A stretch of DNA of 64,000 nt from Psammoneis japonica (Eukaryota): NCBI GenBank assembly GCA_008632985.1, contig QPGO01000133.1, positions 62,001-126,000 on the forward strand, written 5' to 3'. Of this stretch, positions 11,807 through 22,150 are shown piece after piece; the stretch's first letter is position 1; each line of letters begins with the position of its first letter. Under the pieces are notes generated by a model, which made no database searches, was not told the DNA's origin, and worked only from the letters and a program-made list of their open reading frames with translations. The position numbers and the translations under genes were made by a program.

Positions 11807-13504
11807 TTGGCACTATTGAAACGCCATCAGTCCTTATTTGATGGGACATTAGGAGAATGGAAGGGAGAACCCTATCATATCCAACTCAAGGAGGGTGTAG
11901 AACCATACCACGCTCGTCCGTATAAAGTACCTCGTGCGTACGAAGCTACGCTACGTAAAGAAGTAGAACGCCTAGCACGTGTCGGTGTTCCCAAACGCGT
12001 TAACCGATCCCAATGGGCAGCTCCATCATTTATCATGCCGAAGAAAGATTTAACGGTGCGCTTTGTTAATGATTTCAGAGAGCTGAATAAACGGATCAAG
12101 CGATTGCCTTGTCCGATTCCTCACATCCAAGATGTGCCACTTGAGCTCGAAGGCTTCATGTGGGCTGCATCACTGGACTCAAATGTGGGCCATTGTCATG
12201 TCCGATTGGATGCTGATGGCAAGAAGCTCTGCACGCTCATCTTCCCGTGGGGCAAGCATGAGATGCAGGCATTGCCCATGGGATCACGCAACTTGCCAGA
12301 CATTTTCCAAGAACGCATGTCAGGCTCATTTGAAGATCTGTCGTTCGTTCGAATGCACTCAGATGACCTTCTCGTCGTGACGAAAGGCACCCATGAAGAT
12401 CACCTCAACAAACTTGAAGAAGTTTCATTGAGGGTCCAGAAAGCAGGACTAAAAGTTGACGCAACTAAATCTCACTTCTGTCAAACCCAATTAGAGTGCT
12501 TGGGTCATCTGGTCAACAGAGACGGAGTGCGACCAACACCTGACAAAGTCGACGCCATTGGGCGAATCGCGACCCCAGCCAATGAACGCGACCTGCGCTC
12601 ATTTGTTGGCATGGTGAACTGCCACCGTGACACGTGGATCAGATGTTCTGAAGTCTTGGCTCTGCTGACACGACTGGCAAGCGAGACTGTTGAGTGGGAG
12701 TGGACGTCCGTTGAAGACGAGGCGTTCGAAACCGTCAAACGGGTGACATCGGATGATGTTTCATTGTCACATCCTGATTTTAATGAACCCTTTGAGACAC
12801 ATGCCGATGCCTCTAAATGTCAATTGGGAGCAGTTTTGTCCCAAGACAATGAACCTGTCGCCTTTCACAGCAGAAAGCTCAACAGTGCGCAATTAAATTG
12901 TGCAACAACGGAGAGAGAATTGCTCACCATTGTGGAGACGTTGAAAGAATTTCGAACGATTCTCCTTGGTCATCGTGCAATTGTGTGTGCTGATCATAAA
13001 AATCTCATGTGCAAAGCACTCAATGCCGAGCGCGTTGTGCGCTGGCGGTCAACATGCGAAGAATGCGGTCCCAAATTACGTCATGTTAAGGGCACCCACA
13101 ACCTGGTCGCTGACGCTCTTGGTCGCCTTCGGCCAGCACCCAGCTTGCCTTCCGAGGCCAATCCGGATGTAAAAGACACTCCATTGAGTCGTCCTTTGCA
13201 TGAAGCTTTTAGTGCAGATGCTCAAGATGAGGCATCTCTGCCTGTTAGCTTCAAGCGCATTCAAAAAGCACAACAAAAGGACAAGCGCCTGCTCTCACGA
13301 GCTGAGGACTCGCCCGACTGCTCCATTCGCGCGTGTCGTGGGGGAGGGTCATCACGACAGTCAATCTGTCATAAGGACAAAATCGCAGCACCACAGTCAT
13401 TGCAGGTTCCGCCAACTGAATGGCGCCACGAGACACTGTGTCACCCAGGTGAGACACATGCGGAAACATCTGTTGCCCAGCACTTCTGCTGGCCTGGCAT
13501 GTAG
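11807..13504 (+). pseudogene. Gypsy RT, RNase H and integrase zinc-binding start, inactivated
   Basis: DFRELNKRI, FPWGK, LPMG, MHSDD (in place of YxDD), ADASKCQLGAV, AFHSRKL, ELLTIVETLKEFR, ADHKNL, NLVADAL, WRHETLCHPG. Confidence 0.92.
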
Positions 13505-13786
13505 AAACCAGAAAGCAGAAGCTTGTCCACTTAAACAACAAGCGTGAAAATCAGAAATGCAAGGAGCATCAATGTGCCGCAGGGCAATTGGCACTTGTCA
13601 AACAGGAGCAATCCTCTAAATGCGGTTCTGACAGCTGTGCAGGACCCGCCAGAGTTGTCCGTGTGTGTGACGACGGCACGTTGCGCACCCAGAACGGAGC
13701 GCTGACAGATGCGTGCAATCTACGGCAGATTGCACCCCATCACCAGTGAGACATCCTGTCACTTAACGGCCCTGATCATGGGGGAG

Positions 13787-14218
13787 TGTGCAGCATGCCT
13801 CGATGCTGGACAACACGGTGAGACCGTGCACAAGCCTCTTGTGCGTGGCAACGCAGCATTGTCAACACGTGCCTGGGAAGCACGACCACAGGAGGGCGTG
13901 GCTCTGGGTCAAGCAATTCCAGAAGGATGCCAAGAGAGCATCCGTGTGAAGCACACTGGCCTGTCGTCTGGCCCACGATGGTGGCGTGATTCCACACGAT
14001 GACATCACTCGTGCACAGCGCGTGATGGCTTGATTCGCACGATCCACAATGCGAACGCACGATCGATTTGATGCGATCCAAATGCGAACGAATGGGGATT
14101 TGGCAAGATTCCCCATTCGCACGATCCCACTTTCTCTGCTCCAAACCAGCTTGTGATTTTCACAATGACAAAGTCGCAACACATCTTCTTTTTCAGCGCC
14201 TGGTGCATGCATGGGGCA
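13787..14218 (+). repeat. Gypsy 3' LTR
   Basis: Direct repeat of 9669-10102, preceded by GGGGGAG. Confidence 0.85.
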
Positions 14219-14382
14219 GGTGTGATGCCAGGAGAAGTCTGGCAAATTGATGTCGGAGAGACACCGATGCAGTGGAGGCAGAGGCAAGAGATGCAGTGAG
14301 TCTTGGGGGAACGCCAGGTCTGGGCAGAGTCGAAGAGTGGGGTGTGGGAATGGACGGCAGAGAGAAGGCAGGAGTGCAGTGT

Positions 14383-14812
14383 GCATGCAGACAAAAGGTT
14401 GTTTTTGTCACGCCCTTTGTGACATTTAAAGGCTGTGACACGTCGCCGTGATGCATTGACTCTTGTTGGCAGCTGCATGTTGCACTCCTCCCCATGCATC
14501 ACGCGCAGAACTAACGTGTGCTGACACTGCACATTTTTGGCAGAACAGTGTGGGTGCGCACGAAGGAACACACAGAACTGCACAGAGTTTTGCGCGTTCG
14601 ACAGTGATCAACGTTGCTGCAGACAACTCCCGCTCAGGGTTTCGAACCCCTGGCCTCCTGCCTGATGGTTGCGCATTGAACCACTCCGCCATGAATTCAC
14701 AACGCAGCATGCATGCAGACAAAAGGTTGTTTTTGTCATGCCCTTTGTGACATTTAAAGGCTGTGACACGTCGCCATGATGCATTGACTCTTGTTGGCAG
14801 CTGCATGTTGCA
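14383..14812. repeat. ~100-bp direct repeat, copies ~328 bp apart
   Basis: GCATGCAGACAAAAGGTTGTTTTTGTCA...GGCAGCTGCATGTTGCA at ~14383 and ~14711. Confidence 0.85.
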
Positions 14813-15182
14813 GGAGGTCATCAGGGCAGTGGAGAAACTTGGAGGGGCTCGGCAACAATTGTTGGAAGAATCAGCAGAAGCGTTGTCAGCAAGACAACAG
14901 CTCTCAAAGGGAGCATCATCCGAGGGATTGCCAAGAAAATGTTCGGCAGGATTTTCAGGGAAAAGGTCATCCACAGCAGAGAAGCAATCAGCAGAGAGAA
15001 CCAGAAGGTGCGAGGTCTGAGACTGTTGAGGATGCACCGCTGGCTTTCAACCCAGCTGAGTGACACAGGCAGCAACCAGTGCAATCGCAAGGATTTGCAA
15101 ACAAACAAACCAAGAACAAAAAAATGGTCAAGTGTGTTTGTGTGTCATGGCATTGTGTTGCCACATCAGTTTGATTGCTTTG

Positions 15183-15499
15183 GATGCTTTCCAGCTCTGG
15201 GTGGGACCTCGCACTGCTGCACTGTGACATCAAGAGTTTTTTGGATTGCATCACATGTTGCCAAAGGCTCTCCATTTTCAACATTTGTGAGAATGAAAAT
15301 GTGCCAGGTGCACTCTTTAATGTCTGTAGAACACGGGAGGCACTTCAAGTGTGAAGGAGGAGACACATTCGCAAAATTGCCTTTTTTCTGTTGGCGATCA
15401 TTCACATTTTCGTTGCTCAATGAATTTGCTGTGGAGCTTGCACGCAGAATTTCATGGGCCCAATGTCACATGGAGCCCCGCCTGGGGCTGGAACCCATC
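15183..15499 (+). mobile_element. MITE family A copy, internally deleted, TSD TTTG
   Basis: TIRs GATGCTTTCCAGCTCTGGGTGGGAC / CCGCCTGGGGCTGGAACCCATC; TTTG on both sides. Confidence 0.85.
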
Positions 15500-16196
15500 T
15501 TTGGCCCTGTGAACTCCATTTGCATGTTGCACTCACCTGCTCTTTGCACATGGCGTTCCATTTTGTTTTCATGCACATCTTGTCCAAATGGCATCCCCAA
15601 CACCAATGAATGCTGAGAAGCCAATCCGGCAGTGATTCTTGAGATTGGAGATGAGGACAATCCTGCTCAAGTCCATGATGAGGATGAATGGGCTCTTGCG
15701 GGACACCATTTTTGTTGGTTTTGATTTGCAAACCACAGCGAATCCTGACTCCATGGCACACATCTCATCACCCACTGTCAATCCACGCAAAATTGCCTTT
15801 TTTCTGTTGGCGATCATTCACATTTTTGTTGCTCAATGAATTTGCTGTGGAGCTTGCACGCAGAATTTCATGGGCCCAATGTCACATGGAGTCCCGCCTG
15901 GGGCTGGAACCCATCTTTGGCCCTGCGAACTCCATTTGCATGTTGCACTCACCCACTCTTTGCACATGGCGTTCCATTTTGTTTTCATGCACATCTTGTC
16001 CAAATGGCATCCCCGACACCAATGGATGCTGAGAAGCCAATCCGGCAGTGATTCTTGAGATTAGAGATGAGGACAATCCTGCTCAAGTCCATGATGAGGA
16101 TGAATGGGCTCTTGCGGGACACCATTTTTGTTGGTTTTGATTTGCAAACCGCAGCGAATCCCGACTCCATGGCACACATCTCATCACCCACTGTCA
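15370..16196. repeat. Tandem duplication, ~416-bp unit including the MITE 3' end
   Basis: CGCAAAATTGCCTTTTTTCTGTTGG...TCATCACCCACTGTCA at ~15370-15780 and ~15786-16196, near identical. Confidence 0.9.
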
Positions 16197-16544
16197 GTCC
16201 ACCAACTCCGGCACCCACCCCAGACGCTGGCATTGCAACACTGTCAACGCCTCTTTGGTTGGGTCAATGACATTCAAGTTGGCAGGATGCTCACCCAGTC
16301 TTCCTTTTGTTTTGTTGCACTCTTCTGCAATCATCACAGCCTTTTTTGGTTTCCTGGGGGTTGACCCATGTTTCTTCTAGATGACATGGGGAGCTGAGTT
16401 GAAGCCGCAGAGGACTGTCATGGCAGAATTTTGACTTGCGAAGATCATTTGGAAGGAACCATCAGGTGCAAACACAGCACTCGGTGATGTCATTTGCACA
16501 TTTGTTGTTGCTGTTGTTGAAAAAGACCTCTGTGGGGCTGTTCA

Positions 16545-17240
16545 GATGTGCTCCAGCTCTGGGTGGGACCTTGCACTGCTGAGCTGTGACATGGTTGTTT
16601 TTTGTCATCCATCACATGTTTTGCGCACACATTTCTGCGTGTTCTGTTACAAAAAAATGTTCCACACTTCCTGTTTTGCAAAGCCAAAGGCTTTCTGTCA
16701 TCTGCACTCAAGACAACAAAAATGTGCTGGGTGCATTCTTTAATGTCTGAAGAACACACCCGGATGTGCTGCAAAGAATGTGCTTCAAGTGTGGAGGAGG
16801 AGATGTGTTCGCAAAGAAGTTGCCTTTTTTTCTGTTGGCGATCATTGGTGCATTTGTTGCTTGACAAAATTGCTGCAAAGCTTGCACGAAGATGGGCTCC
16901 AGCCCCAGGTGGGACTTTTTGTGACATTGGGCCTGCAGAATTCTGCATGCGAGCTCTGCAGCAAAATCATCAAGCAATGGACACATGAATGATCGCCAAC
17001 AGAAAAAGAGGCAATTTTGCCAGCGCATTTCCTCCTCCACACTTGAAACACATTCTTTGCAGCATGCCCAGGCACACTCTTCAGACATTGAAGAACACAC
17101 CCAGTGCATTTTTGTTGTCACAAGCGCAGATGACAGAAAGCCTTTGGCTTCGCAAAACAGGCAGCGTGGAACAATTTTTTGCAGCGGAACACGCAGAAAT
17201 GTTCAGCAGTGCGAGGTCCCACCCAGAGCTGGAGCGCGTC
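16545..17240. mobile_element. Composite inverted dimer of MITE family A, TSD TTCA
   Basis: Forward 3'-truncated copy 16545-16890 abuts a reverse copy 16891-17240. TTCA at 16541-16544 and 17241-17244. Confidence 0.8.
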
Positions 17241-18677
17241 TTCAACGCAACACACACATTGGATGCTGCATTTCTCCAAACAACGACATTGTGGAGCATG
17301 TGATCCCGAATGCCCCGTTCATTTTGGAGCGCCATTTGTTTCCCCACACATCTGTTTCCCACCCACATCTGCGGCAATGACCGACAACGGCCTTCACAAA
17401 GATCAACAACCACTGAAAAGAGGGCATGCTGGAAGCCATGGCTCTTGACAAGCAATGTGTTGATCTGACAAGATCTCATTGTGGAGTCGTGTGCACAAGA
17501 AAGAGACTGGAAGGCGGCATTTTTGGAAAATGTTGGGCGAAAATGTTGTTTTGCTTGGAGTGCGAACACCAGAAATTGCCAAGCATTTTGCTTTTTTTTT
17601 GGCATCATCTTTGTGGTGGTTTTGGCAGTTGTTACGACAAAAACTCAAAAAAGTGAGATGATGGTCCGGCAGACAACAAAAAGGACAGATGATTTCCAAC
17701 AAGAATCATGCCGAAAACAAGCACTTCAATTGAGTTTTTGTGTGTGCACGCACAAGGAAATCGGCCCAAAATGAAGCAGTTTCGTGGGACTCAGTACAAA
17801 TTCTACATACAGGCCCTTCTACCGGTAAAGGAATGGGCGTTTCACCATGTGCGCATGTGCGTGGGATAGCGGCAATGCGTGTCAAAAGGATCGTAGTACA
17901 AAGGGCGTAGAAAAGTACGGAGGAGGAAGGAGGAGCGAACGACGAAGGATGGCTGGGAATGGAAGGCCATGGCCATGGCGGAGGAAGGATCGGGAGGGTC
18001 GGGAGGCCACTTTGGAAGGTGTAGCATAGCGCTACTGCGCCCAAAAGGGGACGCCATCGCTGCAGTCGTTGTCAACATTTTCCTCATGTTTGCGGAGAGG
18101 GAACCCGCCCCACAAAAATTCATTTTCCTGCGTGGTGAGCAATTAGTAGCTCTCTTTTCGGCACAGACAATACCAAACATCGCGATCTTTGCGTATGTAT
18201 GGCAATTCCCCTGGATCTGGCGACGCAACAGCACCAAATATGTTATCGATTTCCTGGTGTATCGGAAAGAATCCACTAGGCATACGAGTGATACAGCGGA
18301 GCAGCAGCTGGCGCTATTACGCCAATTTTCAGAAGAAGCATGACGCCATAAGCTCGTTCAATTTTCTCTCATGAAAGGATTGAAGTACTGCTGAATATTC
18401 CGCGACTGCTGTAGATCTTTTTTGCTGTGACCAAGCTAAAATATTGATGTGAAAGGGTAATATATTTTACATCATACTTGGTTCGCCGTTGACAAGCTAC
18501 ATCCAAGTGGTGCAAACGTCCATGCAATCAAATAAAGCCACGTTCAAGTGGCATGTAAACGCCTCGAGTGGGAAAAAACCAAAAGCTCGACCACGTAGTC
18601 TCTTTTTTCACAATCTATGACAACTTACGGCTCCCCCCAACGAAGCTATCGATGCAAATATATATGAAAAGTGCAAG

Positions 18678-21126
18678 TCACAGGGAAGTGTCCTCTTTCT
18701 TTCGACTCTCGAGCCTCCCATTCTTGACCCCCCTTCTCAAAATGCAGGTACGCAAAATGTATGCAGAACACGAATATCTCCATACAGCAACTTACCAATC
18801 GCGACTGTTTATCTGGAACTCCAAAATGTCATGGTTGTCGCCTCTTCTTGTACCGGTCGCGCTGGTGAAGCCGACGAAGACCTCACGCCCCCTTGGGAAT
18901 AACGCGCGCAAATTATACCGGTCTCTGAGAATGGGATTGGAAGGCTTGTATTCATGTTGCCAACGATCGTGATAGACAGACAAAATCGATCCATCGTAGT
19001 CTACCCAGAGGCCTCCTACAGCTTCGCCTGACGTGCGAACTGGATGGTAGCCGGAATCGGCCTTCGAGGCATATCCACCAGCGACACCGAGTTCCATGAT
19101 TTGTATGTGATCCGGACTTTGTCATCCCCATAGGGATCATTATCTGAGGTAAGAAAGATCCGGGATGAGAACATCCAAAAATATGACAGCTGAAGGAGAT
19201 CAACAAAGATTTTAAATCTTACACCAGGGCACTTACCTGTATCTAGCTCAACCACGAGCGCAGGCCGAGGTCCTCCTCCGTAGTAGACACCAAGTCCATC
19301 ACCGGGATAACCAATTCCCAAAGTGCCATTCCTGCCCTGATGCATAGTGAATGTCATTCCCTCGCCTGACCCAGCGTTGTCACCATACATGCGGTAGGCC
19401 ATTTTCATCTCGAAGAAGAAATCGTTCCGATACATTGTCAGCGGAAGGAACGCGGAAGCGGCACTATGACTTCCTCGATCAGGAGTGAGACATATTGCGC
19501 AACAGTTCCAGCAACGAAGATTTTTGATGTGGGGATGATGGGGGTCATTTTCTAAAGAATACCCATTGAGTTCAAAATTCGGAAGATCATCACAATGGCC
19601 TTTCCAATCATACCCGTAAACTCCCTGATGTACCCGTATGCAGCCACCAGGGTCCGTGAGCGTCACAGATCCAGTGCACGTGTCGGTTAGACCACACTGA
19701 GTCTCAGCGGTGAGAGTAACACGGGTTGTGCCAATTTCATAAGGACCCCAGGGTACCTGATTTATCCGAAAGAGAGGAATACCGCTTTCATCGTATGACC
19801 CGTTGTCAATCGACACCCACCTACGATTGCACGCGGGTGGGCGCCTGGCTTTCATGGTCACATGCTTGCAACGTGGTACAGGTTTGCTGCACCTCGGCGT
19901 CTGGGGTATGCAGCCACCGGGGTCCGTGAGCGTCACATATCCAGTGCACGTGTCGGTTAAACCACACTGAGTCTCAGCGGTGAGTGTAACACGGGTTGTA
20001 CCAATCTCATAAGGACCCCCGGGTACCTGTTTTGTCCGAAAGAGAGGAATACGGGTTTCATCGTATGACCCGTTGTCAATCGACACCGACCTACGATTGC
20101 ACGCGGGTGGGCCATCGGCGTCCATTGTCACATCCTTGCAACGTGGTACAGGTTTGCTGCACCTCTGTGTCTGGGGTATGCAGCCACCGGGGTCCGTGAG
20201 CGTCACATCTCCAGTGCACGTGTCGGTTTCACCACACTCATTCTCAACGGTGAGAGTCACACGGGTCGTACCAATTTCATAAGGACCCCCGGGTACCTGA
20301 TCTTTCCGAACGAGAGAACCGCGTTGATCGTATGACCCGTTGTCAATCGACACCCGCCTACGATTGCACGCGGGTGGGCCATCGGCGTCCATGGTCACAT
20401 CCTTACAACGTGCTTCAGGTTTGGGGCACCTCGGCGTCTGGTGCGGGCCGGGTGGGCAGCCACCGGGGTCCGTGATCGTCACATATCCAGTGCACGTGTC
20501 GTTTAAACCACACTCACTCCCAGCGGTGAGAGTCACACGGGTCGTACCAATTTCATAAGGACCCCCGGGTACCTGATCTAACAGAAAGAGAGGAATACGG
20601 CTTTTATCGTATGACCCGTTGTCAATCGACACCCGCCTACGATTGCACGCGGGTGGGCCATCGGCGTCCATGGTCACATCTTCCTTGCAAACTGCTACAG
20701 GTATGGTGCACCGCGTCACCCCGTCAGTTCCGCCTTCCGGATCGACATCCTCGGGGTCCTCGCCTTCGGGATCCACGGGTGGAGCCTGTTTTTCCTTGAG
20801 ATGGAACGCGAACAGAGAAACACAGAAAAAAACAGTGATTTGAGATGATTCATGAGTGGACCGGACTGCCGAAGCACCTGTGTTTCATTGTCAGACCATG
20901 GAAGAGACTTACCTCGACGGGTGAAGCAGCGGAGTTGTCCTTATCCGTGTCTTTATGGCATTGGTATTTGCATTCGTGTGCGAAATGCGAAGTTGCGAAC
21001 AGCAATGTGTCAGCAGGAACGAGGGGATGAAATTCACCGACTCTCCAGATTACAGTGATGCGTTTCCTCACCTTGAGCGTGCGCAGAGAGGACAAGAGAG
21101 GCTATAAGGAAGGTATCAAATCGCAT
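18678..21126 (-). CDS. Secreted protein with four HYR-like Cys-rich repeats and an L-type (legume/ConA-like) lectin domain; multi-exon
   Basis: Signal peptide MRFDTFLIASLVLSAHAQ followed by a GTGAG donor. Four ~90-aa units (VSIDNGSYD...PGGPYEIGTTRVTLT...DTCTG.VTLTD). Lectin motifs LTPD, GEGMTF, GDGLG, VVELDT, WVDYDG, VFVGFTSATG, HDIL. The 3' end and some exon borders are approximate. Confidence 0.75.
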
Positions 21127-21272
21127 GAGAATCGATCGTTACTAACAATGCAAAGGTAGCTGATGATTCGTTGTCGTCGTGTTTTGACTTTTTTTCTTTT
21201 TATGAGAACTCCTTTGTGAATGCTGTTTGTAGTGCCGCCTTTCGTTCTGATGCTCGAGACCAGACGATGTCT

Positions 21273-21527
21273 TAAATGTTCAGGAACATTTATACGGTGA
21301 ATCGGAATTCAAGACAAGATGTACATAAAAAGAAAGTTTTTATCAATTTGTCGGTAGCTCCCAATAAATTAAGGTGAATAGGCATGTATTTAGGGGCAAA
21401 GTATGTGTCAATATGTCGGACATATCCGTGTTTAAATGACATTACTAAAATATGGAACATGTTCCTGGCAAAGGGCATGCAGCTTATCAAGGTCGACATC
21501 GTCATGATAAATGTTCACGAACATTTA
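21273..21527. repeat. Two copies of the 20-bp palindrome TAAATGTTC-NN-GAACATTTA bounding an AT-rich segment
   Basis: 21273-21292 (spacer AG) and 21508-21527 (spacer AC). Confidence 0.85.
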
Positions 21528-21887
21528 AAGTCGCGTTTTTGACGGCGTCCTGCATGTCACACGGAGGGATCAGCAGCAGCTGCTTGTTTACAGTGTTAAC
21601 TAAAGGCCCTGCCGTTACCCTTGCGAATCCTGCGAACTTCGAGGCCGGATGTTTTGATAAAAACGTCAAGGGACAATAATTAATGACTTTTCTCGCATTT
21701 CCCTCGCATGATTTCGCCCACAATTGTTGCGAAGCCTTGCCAGTCGATTCCAAGCCGACTGGCAAGTTCGCAATCGTGTGGAACCTGTGTGCCAATCTGT
21801 GGCATGTGCCTTGTCATTGCAACACATGGCTGGAAGGGACCAATGCGTGATTGCACTGTGAGACACCAAGGAGGAAAATCAGCCGCA

Positions 21888-22150
21888 GGCCTGTTCCAGC
21901 TCCAGGTGCTCCGCGCGGGTTCGATTCCCATCATTTGGAAAATTTGTGCATTTGGCGCAATCAACTTTTTCCAAATCCGTTTTTTGCCAAATCGAAGGGT
22001 GAGTGTGCACTTTGCACATGCATTTTCGGGTGCACACTCACCTTTCGATTTTCGAAACGATCAAAATTGAAGGAGTCAATTGCACCAAACTGCGCAGAAA
22101 ATCGGCCTCTCGCGTGATGAAAAGCAGAGCACCTGGAGCTGGAACAGGCC
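21888..22150. mobile_element. MITE family B (263 bp), TSD CGCA
   Basis: Perfect 24-bp TIR GGCCTGTTCCAGCTCCAGGTGCTC; CGCA on both sides. Confidence 0.9.

Larger units (their letters stand above)
9669..14218 (+). mobile_element. Ty3/Gypsy LTR retrotransposon with both LTRs, integrase core deleted, hypermutated
   Basis: ~430-bp TG...CA direct repeats, gag-PR-RT-RNaseH-integrase N-terminus order, purine tract GGGGGAG before the 3' LTR, possible TSD GGTGG/GGTGT. Confidence 0.92.

Noticed and set aside
11807..13504. Alternative genetic code or recoding of Tyr
   Set aside because: Neighbouring host genes and the 11110-12100 island use TAY normally, and non-coding LTRs and MITEs are affected too.
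17800..18380. Small gene in a normal-composition stretch
   Set aside because: Several short ORFs, but no recognisable domain or convincing exon structure.
19640..20690. CRISPR-like array
   Set aside because: The units are in-frame protein repeats with no short repeat/unique spacer pattern.
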